Below, piece after piece: positions 48,237 to 57,272 of a DNA stretch of 64,000 bases (its first letter is position 1; the number at the start of each line of letters is the position of its first letter). Position numbers and translations under genes: made by a program. The stretch covers positions 204,567-268,566 of the forward strand of contig CACMHQ010000001.1 in NCBI GenBank assembly GCA_902613615.1, given 5' to 3'. The notes beneath the pieces are model-generated. The model made no database searches. It worked only from the letters and a program-made list of their open reading frames with translations, and had not been told where the DNA came from. This DNA is from an uncultured Candidatus Actinomarina sp. (GTDB lineage: Bacteria; Actinomycetota; Acidimicrobiia; Actinomarinales; Actinomarinaceae).

Positions 48237-49508
48237 ATGAACGATTTTAAATTTCCCGACAATTTTCTTTTTGGTACTGCTGTTGCTTCATATCAAGTAG
48301 AAGGCGGTATTTATAATAATGATTGGACTATATGGGAAAACAAAAATAATTCAGTGTGCATAGAGCCATGTAATGAAGCATGTAAACATTTTGAAATGTT
48401 AGATCAAGACATTGAACTACTTAAAGATCTTGGCATAAAAGCTTTTCGATTCTCAATAGAATGGAGTAGAGTTGAGCCTACCAAAGGAAATTTTGACATT
48501 GAAGCAATTAATCATTACGTAGAAAAAGCCAAAAAATTAATTGCTAGCAACATAATACCTATAATTACTTTTCACCATTTCACCACCCCTGAATGGTTAT
48601 ATGAGAAGGATTCTTGGCTCAACCCAAATGCTGATAATTATTTTGATAATTATGTTAAGAAATTAATGGAGCACTTACCAAATGAAATTGAATTTTTTAA
48701 TACAATAAATGAGCCAGGAATATTTGCCTTCTTTGGATATTTTTCAACAAATAAATTCCCTCCAGGTATAGCTAATGAAACAAAATTCATACAAGCATCA
48801 GAGAATATAATGTCTGCTCACAAAAAGGCATTAAAGACAATAAAGAAATATAATCAAAATGCAAAAGTAGGTATGACTCATGCTTTACAAGAATGGGAAG
48901 ATGATGATAATAATAAATTAAAAGAATATTTGAAGTATCATCTTGAGGATAAATTTTTAGATGCTTCAGTAAATGACGACTTTATAGGTTTACAAACATA
49001 TACAATCGTAAGATATCCCAAAAATATTTTTTTAAAAATCTTTAATTCTTTACTTTTAAATATTGGATTTATTAGAAAATTTTTATTACCTCGTATTATT
49101 CAAATTTTTGCAGGAAGAAATGGTGCAATTACAAGCGAAACCCGTACAACAAAAATGGGGTATGAATATAGACCAGAAGCTGTTCTATACAACTTAAGGA
49201 GATTAAATGAAATATTTCCTGATAAAGAAATTTTTATTACTGAAAATGGCATAGCAACAGACAATGACGATGAGAGAATCGAGTTTGTAACTACTGTATT
49301 ACAGGATGTCCACCGATTTCAAGCTGAACACAATAATGTAATTGGTTATCTGTATTGGTCATTGTTAGATAATTTTGAATGGGACCTTGGGTATCAAATG
49401 AACTTTGGTTTAGTAGAGGTTAATAAGGAAACATATGAACGAATACCTCATCAATCAGCATCTTGGTTTGGCAATATTTCATCTACAAACGTTTTATCTA
49501 TTAAATAA
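48237..49508 (+). CDS. glycoside hydrolase family 1 (beta-glucosidase-like)
   Basis: FGTAVASYQVEGG, acid/base TINEP and nucleophile ITENG. Confidence 0.85.
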   Translation: MNDFKFPDNFLFGTAVASYQVEGGIYNNDWTIWENKNNSVCIEPCNEACKHFEMLDQDIELLKDLGIKAFRFSIEWSRVEPTKGNFDIEAINHYVEKAKKLIASNIIPIITFHHFTTPEWLYEKDSWLNPNADNYFDNYVKKLMEHLPNEIEFFNTINEPGIFAFFGYFSTNKFPPGIANETKFIQASENIMSAHKKALKTIKKYNQNAKVGMTHALQEWEDDDNNKLKEYLKYHLEDKFLDASVNDDFIGLQTYTIVRYPKNIFLKIFNSLLLNIGFIRKFLLPRIIQIFAGRNGAITSETRTTKMGYEYRPEAVLYNLRRLNEIFPDKEIFITENGIATDNDDERIEFVTTVLQDVHRFQAEHNNVIGYLYWSLLDNFEWDLGYQMNFGLVEVNKETYERIPHQSASWFGNISSTNVLSIK

Positions 49509-49529
49509 TTTTCTTTTAAACTATATATT

Positions 49530-50243
49530 ATGGTCTATATCATTGCAGGAGCTACAGGAGTTGTAGGTAGTGCTATTTCAAAAGAATTAGCCAAAGAAAA
49601 CGAAGTTCATCTAATTGGAAGAGATGTAGAAAAACTTTCTGCATTAAGTGAAGAAATCGATGCACAGTATTCACTTATTGACTTAACTAACACCATAGAA
49701 CAACGTGAATTTTCTAAAATAATTCCTGATGATAAAGAAATTAAAGGTCTTGTAAATTGCATAGGTTCAATTTTGATAAAACCTCTACACGGAACTAAGA
49801 CTGAAGAGTTTGAAGAAGTTCTTAGAGTAAATCTTTTTTCAAGCTACTATCTCTTAAGCTCTTTTGCTAGACGTATGAAAAATGGATCTGCAATATTTTT
49901 CTCATCTGTTGCTGGAACTAAAGGACTTTCTAATCACGAAGCTATTGCAGCTGCTAAAGCTGGATTAGAAGGTATGGCAAGATCAGCTGCGGCTTCTTAT
50001 GCAAAAGATAATCTCCGAGTAAACGTTATTGCACCGGGACTTATGGATACGAATATGAGTCAACGATTACTGGCAACAGAACAAGCCAGAGAATTATCAA
50101 AATCAATGTATCCAATACAAAAAATTGGTGATTTTAATGATATACTTCCTGTTGTAAAATGGTTGTTATCAGAAGACTCAAAATGGGTTACTGGTCAAAC
50201 TATACATGTTGATGGGGGTCTATCAACGGTTAAGCCGAGATAG
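49530..50243 (+). CDS. SDR-family oxidoreductase
   Basis: GATGVVG Rossmann motif and a catalytic region with AAAKAG. Lies 6 nt upstream of gcvH. Confidence 0.75.
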   Translation: MVYIIAGATGVVGSAISKELAKENEVHLIGRDVEKLSALSEEIDAQYSLIDLTNTIEQREFSKIIPDDKEIKGLVNCIGSILIKPLHGTKTEEFEEVLRVNLFSSYYLLSSFARRMKNGSAIFFSSVAGTKGLSNHEAIAAAKAGLEGMARSAAASYAKDNLRVNVIAPGLMDTNMSQRLLATEQARELSKSMYPIQKIGDFNDILPVVKWLLSEDSKWVTGQTIHVDGGLSTVKPR

Positions 50244-50249
50244 GAGAGT

Positions 50250-50612
50250 ATGTCAGATATAAAATATTTAGAAACTCATGAGTGGTATCTCATGAAAGAT
50301 GACGAAATCACAGTTGGTATTTCCGATTTTGCTCAAAACGAGCTAGGGGATATTGTTTATGTAACTTTGCCTGAAGTCGGACAAGAGTTTGAAAAGGGTG
50401 CTGCAGTAGTTGAAGTTGAAGCAACTAAAACTGTTGCAGATGCATATGCGCCTATGGATTGCATAATTACAGCTGTAAACTCACAACTCGAAACTGAGCC
50501 TGAAACCATTAATAATGATCCATGCGGTGATGGGTGGATGTTTAAAGCAAAAGTAAATACTGTTGATGATTCAGGAATGTCTTATCAAGAGTATGAAACT
50601 TTTGTATCTTAA
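50250..50612 (+). CDS. gcvH: glycine cleavage system H protein
   Basis: Lipoyl-lysine context VEVEATKTVADAYAP. Confidence 0.9.
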   Translation: MSDIKYLETHEWYLMKDDEITVGISDFAQNELGDIVYVTLPEVGQEFEKGAAVVEVEATKTVADAYAPMDCIITAVNSQLETEPETINNDPCGDGWMFKAKVNTVDDSGMSYQEYETFVS

Positions 50613-51631
50613 TGGACAAAAAAACTACTCAACTTCATAAATACCATTTATCTCAAGAAGCTAAATTTATTGATTTTGGTGATTGGTCGATGCCTTTTTC
50701 CTATGAAGGTACTTTAAAAGAACATGATATTGTAAGAACATCATCAGGTTTTTTTGACGTATCCCATATGGGTCGTTTAGAGATCCAATATTCTGAAATT
50801 AAAAAAATATCTAAATTAATTTGTTCTGAAATCATTGATATTCCTACTAACAAGGCGCTTTATTCTATTTTTACAAACGCAGATGGTAATGCTCTTGATG
50901 ATGTTATTTTTTGGAAATTTGATGACAAGATCATACTGATTCCTAATGCATCTAATTTAGAAAAGATTAAATCTCACTTAGTTGCACACAATGTTGAATT
51001 TATTGATAAATCACCAGACACTGTTCTTATAGCTGTACAAGGACCAGATACTATTGAATTAATCCAAGATAGATTTGAGATTCCAAAAAAATTTTCTACT
51101 AATTTTACAGAAAGCTTTCTTTACGCTCGAACAGGTTATACGGGAGAAGATGGAGTCGAAATTATGGCGAATAATGAAGACGCAGAGTCATTATTAACAT
51201 ATTTAACTGAAAAAGGTGTAAAACCTTGTGGATTAGGTTCTAGAGATACACTTAGGTTAGAGGCTTCACTTCCTTTGTATGGTTTTGAATTGACAGAAGA
51301 TATAACACCTGTTGAAGCATCTCTAAATTGGACAATTAATAATAAAAATGAGTATTTAGGTTCAAATAGAATAAATGATCAATTGTCGGGTGAAAGCCAT
51401 AAAGTTTTAAAGAAATTTACAATTAATTCGAGAAAGATAGCAAGAACAGAAACTGTTGGTATTGCTGGAGAAACCAAGGGTTTAGTTACTTCTGGCAACT
51501 TCTCCCCAGTATTAAATAAAAGTATCGGCTTTATATTATTTGAAAATATGCCCTCTCACGATTTAATAGAGTTTGATATTCGTGGTAATTTAATAGAAGG
51601 TAATATTGTTAATAAAAGGTTTTTAAGTTAA
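50612..51631 (+). CDS. gcvT: glycine cleavage system aminomethyltransferase T
   Basis: FDVSHMG, RTGYTGEDG.E and RDTLRLEA motifs. Confidence 0.9.
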   Translation: MDKKTTQLHKYHLSQEAKFIDFGDWSMPFSYEGTLKEHDIVRTSSGFFDVSHMGRLEIQYSEIKKISKLICSEIIDIPTNKALYSIFTNADGNALDDVIFWKFDDKIILIPNASNLEKIKSHLVAHNVEFIDKSPDTVLIAVQGPDTIELIQDRFEIPKKFSTNFTESFLYARTGYTGEDGVEIMANNEDAESLLTYLTEKGVKPCGLGSRDTLRLEASLPLYGFELTEDITPVEASLNWTINNKNEYLGSNRINDQLSGESHKVLKKFTINSRKIARTETVGIAGETKGLVTSGNFSPVLNKSIGFILFENMPSHDLIEFDIRGNLIEGNIVNKRFLS

Positions 51632-52938
51632 TGTTTGTACCACATTCTGAATTAGATTTAAAAAAGATGTTCGATGAGTTAAAAATTAATTCATTAGATG
51701 ATCTTTTTACCCATATTCCCGACGCATTACTGCTGGAAAATGGTCTTGATTTGCCAGAGTCCTTATCAGAACTTGAATCCATTGATTATTTTGACGATAT
51801 TGCAGCTCGTAATAAATCAGAATTAGTCTGTTTTGCTGGTGGAGGTCATTACGATGTATATCTTCCACAAACAGTCAAATCTCTAACTATGAGACCTGAA
51901 TTTATGACATCATATACTCCATATCAAGCAGAAATATCTCAGGGGATTCTTCAAGTTTTATTTGAATTTCAATCATTAGTATGTGATTTAACTGACATGG
52001 AATTAGCTAATGCATCTTTATACGATGGTGCAACTTCTATAGCTGAAGCGATATCAGTTGCAATTAACAAAACAAAACGTGATGGAGTTGTTATATCATC
52101 GGGTTTAAATCCAAACAGTAAAGAAGTTATCAATACATTAATTGATATGAATAAATTTAATTTAAATTATGTAGATTTAGAAAATTATTTATTTCCAACA
52201 AATTTTGAATTTGATGATACTCAAGCTGCATTTGTTGTTTCATACCCACACTACGAAGGTTCATGTCAGGATTTAACTGTACTTGTTGAACGTGCAAAAG
52301 AAAAAGGCCTTGTAACTATTTGTTATGTTGACCCATCAATGTTGGGAGTACTTACTACACCTGGACAAATGGGCTTTGACATAATTGTTGCTGAAGGCCA
52401 GTCATTAGGATCCCCATTATCTTTTGGTGGTCCAACAGTTGGTTGGTTTGCTACCAAGAAAGAGTTTGCTCGTTTAGTTCCTGGAAGACTAATAGGTGAG
52501 TCTAGAGACAAAGACGGTAATAAATCTTATGTTATGACATTACGAGCAAGAGAACAAGACATACGTAGGGAAAAAGCATCCTCTAATATATGCACAAATC
52601 AAACTCTCAATGCAATCGGTTCAGCTATACATCTCTCGTGGCTTGGACCAGAGGGTATCTTTGAAATGGGATACCATGCTATACAAAAAGCTAACTATAT
52701 GAGAAAGCAGCTCATTAAAAATGGTTATGTAATTCCAAATGATGATTCAAGTTTAAGAGAGTTCCTGCTTGAAGTTAAAACTGATGCAGCTGAAGTAATC
52801 AGCAAAATGGGTGATAAAGGTTTTCTAGCAGGAATTTTATATGATGAAAAGCACATACTTGTAGCTATTACAGAAAAACGCAAAAAAATTGAGATTGATA
52901 ATTACATAGAATCATTAATGGAGGTTGATAATGGTTAG
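51631..52938 (+). CDS. gcvPA: glycine dehydrogenase (decarboxylating) subunit 1
   Basis: YTPYQAEISQG and SLYDGATS motifs. Confidence 0.9.
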   Translation: MFVPHSELDLKKMFDELKINSLDDLFTHIPDALLLENGLDLPESLSELESIDYFDDIAARNKSELVCFAGGGHYDVYLPQTVKSLTMRPEFMTSYTPYQAEISQGILQVLFEFQSLVCDLTDMELANASLYDGATSIAEAISVAINKTKRDGVVISSGLNPNSKEVINTLIDMNKFNLNYVDLENYLFPTNFEFDDTQAAFVVSYPHYEGSCQDLTVLVERAKEKGLVTICYVDPSMLGVLTTPGQMGFDIIVAEGQSLGSPLSFGGPTVGWFATKKEFARLVPGRLIGESRDKDGNKSYVMTLRAREQDIRREKASSNICTNQTLNAIGSAIHLSWLGPEGIFEMGYHAIQKANYMRKQLIKNGYVIPNDDSSLREFLLEVKTDAAEVISKMGDKGFLAGILYDEKHILVAITEKRKKIEIDNYIESLMEVDNG

Positions 52939-54436
52939 TGGAGGTAACGCAAGTTCATTACCATTAGTTGGTGGTAAGCCTGAACCTACAATAAAGGAAC
53001 TTTCAAGTCCTGGACGTCGTGCATCTAAATTTCCAAAGTTAGATGTACCTGAAGTAAAAATTAACCACGAGTCTCTTAAAAAAGAAAAAGCTAGACTTCC
53101 TGAAGTATCTGAGCATGACTTGGTTATGCATTATTCAAGACTAGCTCATAGGAACTTTGCTGTAGATCTTGGTTTCTATCCGCTTGGGTCTTGCACAATG
53201 AAATACAATCCCAGGTTTGCAGATTCTATTGCTTCTGATACAAGATTTGCAAATATGCATCCTTCAATGCCTGAACAATTTACGCAGGGCTGTTTAAAGG
53301 TTTATTACGAAATTGGAAACTATCTTTGTGAAATTACTGGTATGGACGATGCTAGTTTTCAACCACCTGCTGGTGCTTCTGGTGAACTAACAGGATTGTT
53401 AATAATAAAAAAATACTTAGAAGTAAACAATTTGAATCACAAAACAGAAATCATTGTTCCAGATTCAGCACATGGAACTAATCCAGCATCAGCAAGAATG
53501 GCTGGATTTACAGTATTAGAAGTGGAAACGGACTCACGTGGAATGGTAAATATTGATAAATTAAAAGAGATTGTGAATGATAACACTGCGGGATTAATGC
53601 TTACAAACCCTAATACAGGGGGACTATTTGAGGAAGAAATCCTAACAATTTCTCAAATAATTCATAATGCTGGCGGTCTTTTATATTATGATGGTGCGAA
53701 CCTTAATGCAATAGTTGGAGCTTCAAGACCTGGTGACATGGGCTTTGATATAGTTCATTCAAATTTACATAAAACATTTGCTACACCTCACGGAGGTGGT
53801 GGACCTGGTTCTGGTCCTGTAGCTGTAAAAGGTTTTTTAAGAGAATATTTACCAGGACCAATAGTTGAGAATAAAGATCGTAAATATAACTGGTATCAAC
53901 CTGAAAACAGTATCGGTAGAATGCACGGTTACCATGGAAACTTTTTGGTTACACTAAGAGCATTAGTTTATATGAAATTACTTGGTAAAGAAGGACTTGA
54001 TAAACTCGGTGCTTATGCTGTTTTAAATGCTCGATACTTAAGTAGCAAAGTATCACAAATTATTCCACTTGCATATGATGAACCGTGTATGCATGAGTTC
54101 GTAGCATCTGTCAGAAATTTAAAAAAATCACATAAGATCAAAGCTTATGATGTTGGAAAAGCCTTGCTTGATAAAGGATTTCATTCTCCAACAATTTATT
54201 TTCCTTTAATAGTTGAAGAAGCTTTGATGTTCGAACCAACAGAAACACAATCAAAAGAAACATTAGATGATTTAGCAGAAAATTTAAAACTTATAGTTGA
54301 TGATCTACAGAAAGATGACACTGTTCTTGAGGATTATCCCAAAAACCTTCCAGTTGGAAGACCAAATGAGCTTATTCCTGCAAAGTATCTAACAGTTAAT
54401 TGGGGAGATTTTGAACTTCTTGAAATAACTGAATAA
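52925..54436 (+). CDS. gcvPB: glycine dehydrogenase (decarboxylating) subunit 2
   Basis: PLGSCTMKYNP and the PLP-lysine context NLHKTF. The true start is probably the ATG at 52931. Confidence 0.9.
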   Translation: MIMVSGGNASSLPLVGGKPEPTIKELSSPGRRASKFPKLDVPEVKINHESLKKEKARLPEVSEHDLVMHYSRLAHRNFAVDLGFYPLGSCTMKYNPRFADSIASDTRFANMHPSMPEQFTQGCLKVYYEIGNYLCEITGMDDASFQPPAGASGELTGLLIIKKYLEVNNLNHKTEIIVPDSAHGTNPASARMAGFTVLEVETDSRGMVNIDKLKEIVNDNTAGLMLTNPNTGGLFEEEILTISQIIHNAGGLLYYDGANLNAIVGASRPGDMGFDIVHSNLHKTFATPHGGGGPGSGPVAVKGFLREYLPGPIVENKDRKYNWYQPENSIGRMHGYHGNFLVTLRALVYMKLLGKEGLDKLGAYAVLNARYLSSKVSQIIPLAYDEPCMHEFVASVRNLKKSHKIKAYDVGKALLDKGFHSPTIYFPLIVEEALMFEPTETQSKETLDDLAENLKLIVDDLQKDDTVLEDYPKNLPVGRPNELIPAKYLTVNWGDFELLEITE

Positions 54437-54445
54437 TATGTAAGT

Positions 54446-56092
54446 ATGTCCCTTACAAAGTTAGACATTGATAGATTTATTACTACATTAAGGACGAAAT
54501 CAAAAGAATATAATTCAATTAATAATATTCAATTGGCCTCTATGTTGGAAGAAACTATATTGAATATTAAAGAAGTTTCATTTTTCTGGGCAACTATTTG
54601 TTCTGATAACAAAGGAACAACAAAAACTCCTGCAGAAGGTGAAGAGTGGTTAGGTGGTCCTTTTGCCTCAGTATTAGCAACTCAATATTACATAAAAAGT
54701 CTCACCAATGATGATGACTTAGTTGAAAAAAAATACAACAGTGAAGAAAATAGTTATGAGGTTTTCCCAAACAATTTTACAGAGCGAATTACTTTCCCTT
54801 TTATTGATGCGAAAGTTATTTTTAATAAATCCATGTCTTTTGATGATATTAATAAATACAGAGGATTTTCAAAAAGATATGATATTGAACCATCAATAAC
54901 TTTAGTTTTGGGTGCTGGAAATTTTTCTTCTATTCCTTATCTAGATGTCCTTTATCATCTGATAACTAGAAAATCTGTAATTTTGTTAAAGCTAAACCCA
55001 GTAAATGAATATCTAAAACCTGTATTTGAAAAAGTATTTCAAAACTTTATTGAACGTGGATACATTATTGTTACGACAGGTAATATTGATGAATCGAAAT
55101 ATATGGCTACCCATCCAGGCATAAATCATATTCACTTAACTGGTTCAGATAAAACATTTGAAGATATTGTATATGGTAGAGAACTTACAGAAAAAGAAAG
55201 AAAATCTAAATCTCTTTCAAAAATAAACAACAAACCTATTACATCAGAACTTGGGAATGTAACTCCGATTATTATTCACCCAGGCAAGTGGTCAACTTCA
55301 GATATTAAATACCAAGCAAGAAAAATTGTTACAGCCAAATTAAATAACAATGGTTTCAATTGTATTGCTGCACAGGTAGTTGTTTTACCAGATGGATGGG
55401 GACAAACTGAAACTTTAATTAAATTTGTAAAACATTACATGAGTAAGGCAAAAGAACGTAAAGCTTATTATCCAGACAGTATTGAACGTTTAGAAAAACT
55501 TGAAAAAGACAAAGGATATGAGAGAGTTAATGCGTTGAGTTGTGTTACTCCTCACTTAACTCGTGAAATTAAAGCCTATAGTAAATTTGAAATTGATGAA
55601 GTTTGGTCTTCAACGATATATTTTAAAAAAATTGAGTACACAAGTGTTGAAGACTTTGCAAATAAAGCTATTAATTATTGCAATGATGAACTTTGGGGAA
55701 ATCTCGGAGTATCAGTAATCATAAAAGATCACGATAGAAAATTTAACAAGCATATTACTAATTTGTATGTTGATAAGTTGAACTATGGTACAGTCGCTAT
55801 TAATGAATGGGCAGCAATTGGCTACATAATACCTCAACTTCCTTGGGGAGGTTTTCCTGGTAATAGAGATAATGATATACAAAGTGGTCAGTCAGTAGTT
55901 CATAATTCAATGCTTTTTGAATCTCCATTAAAAGGTGTTGTTAATACTAAATTTAGAATATCTAGAATTATTGATCCGCCTTGGTTCGTTACTAACAAGA
56001 AGGCAAGAAGATTATTTAAAAATTTGACGTACTATCAAATTCAAAATTCAAATATAAATTTCTTAAAATTAATTTTTGCTGCACTAGTATAA
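54446..56092 (+). CDS. aldehyde-dehydrogenase-superfamily protein (atypical 548-aa form)
   Basis: LTGSDKTFE, ELGNVTP (general-base Glu) and the Cys in GFNCIAAQ are arranged as in ALDHs. Confidence 0.6.
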   Translation: MSLTKLDIDRFITTLRTKSKEYNSINNIQLASMLEETILNIKEVSFFWATICSDNKGTTKTPAEGEEWLGGPFASVLATQYYIKSLTNDDDLVEKKYNSEENSYEVFPNNFTERITFPFIDAKVIFNKSMSFDDINKYRGFSKRYDIEPSITLVLGAGNFSSIPYLDVLYHLITRKSVILLKLNPVNEYLKPVFEKVFQNFIERGYIIVTTGNIDESKYMATHPGINHIHLTGSDKTFEDIVYGRELTEKERKSKSLSKINNKPITSELGNVTPIIIHPGKWSTSDIKYQARKIVTAKLNNNGFNCIAAQVVVLPDGWGQTETLIKFVKHYMSKAKERKAYYPDSIERLEKLEKDKGYERVNALSCVTPHLTREIKAYSKFEIDEVWSSTIYFKKIEYTSVEDFANKAINYCNDELWGNLGVSVIIKDHDRKFNKHITNLYVDKLNYGTVAINEWAAIGYIIPQLPWGGFPGNRDNDIQSGQSVVHNSMLFESPLKGVVNTKFRISRIIDPPWFVTNKKARRLFKNLTYYQIQNSNINFLKLIFAALV

Positions 56093-56096
56093 AGTT

Positions 56097-57221
56097 ATGA
56101 AAAAGTTCGGATTTATCTTATTAGCTTTTTTACTTGTTTTATGCAATTCTTCAAATGAATCTACAGAAGTTGTTGACACAACTACATCATTAACTAAAGG
56201 AGATAACTCAATTGAAGAAGAAGATGTTACAACAACTTCACCGACAGACAACTCTTCAGATACATCTATCGTTGAAAATTACGAATATGATAAGGAAAAA
56301 ATGTCACCATTTACAGGTTTAGAACTCAGTCCAGAATTGTGGTTGAAAAGACCACGAAGAGTTATTGCTTTTAAAGTTGATAATAATCTAAATGCAAGAC
56401 CTCAATCTGGCCTTCAAGAAGCAGACTCTGTAATGGAAATTTTAGTTGAGGGTGGTATGACAAGGTTTCTAGCTTTTTATATGGATAAAACCAGTTCTTA
56501 TGTTGGTCCTATCCGATCAGCTAGACCTACTGATCCAAACTTAGTAAGACCTTATGGAGGCATCCTCGTTGTTTCTGGTGCAACAGCTGGTTTAATTCCA
56601 GCAATTAGAGAATTAGGTGTTCCAGTTCTGGAAGAAGTATCTGCTCCAATAATGTTTAGAATTGCAAATAGAAAAGCTCCACATAATTTATATGCTGATA
56701 CTGAATTAGTTAGAGAATATATTGATCAAAAAGGATTTCTTTTCAATCAAGATGTTGATCCATTGTACGAATTTGGTAATGATCAATCTAACTGGACAAC
56801 AGGTGCTGGTAGAGTAACTGTTAAGTACAGTGACTTTACAACAGTAATTTGGAAACTTGATAATGATAAATATATTAGATTTATTGTTGATGGTTACTCA
56901 CCTGAAGACGATGCAGTCGCTCATAACTTCATTACTCGAGATGGTTACACTGACATACTTCAAATTCCTACAGTAGTGGTTATACAAGGCCCACTTTATA
57001 ATGACGAAGTTACAACCTTACCAAGCGTTCTTACAGTAGGTGTTGGACCAGTAACAATATTTAGTGATGGAAAATACATTGAAGGAACATGGAGACGCAA
57101 TGATATAACTGACCCATTCGAATTCATTGATGCTAATCAAAATCCTATAGAAGTTCCACCAAGCAAGCAATGGATACATATATTACCATTGAATGGTGAA
57201 ATACTTATCTCAGATAATTAA
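56097..57221 (+). CDS. DUF3048 (YerB-like) lipoprotein
   Basis: Lipobox FLLVLCNSS and an acidic/T-rich linker. NARPQSGLQEADSVMEILVEGGMTRFLAFY..GPIRSARPTD is the DUF3048 core. Confidence 0.7.
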   Translation: MKKFGFILLAFLLVLCNSSNESTEVVDTTTSLTKGDNSIEEEDVTTTSPTDNSSDTSIVENYEYDKEKMSPFTGLELSPELWLKRPRRVIAFKVDNNLNARPQSGLQEADSVMEILVEGGMTRFLAFYMDKTSSYVGPIRSARPTDPNLVRPYGGILVVSGATAGLIPAIRELGVPVLEEVSAPIMFRIANRKAPHNLYADTELVREYIDQKGFLFNQDVDPLYEFGNDQSNWTTGAGRVTVKYSDFTTVIWKLDNDKYIRFIVDGYSPEDDAVAHNFITRDGYTDILQIPTVVVIQGPLYNDEVTTLPSVLTVGVGPVTIFSDGKYIEGTWRRNDITDPFEFIDANQNPIEVPPSKQWIHILPLNGEILISDN

Positions 57222-57272
57222 AATCTTTTAATTATATAACTTTTTACATAAATCACTAAAATATCTATAGGG

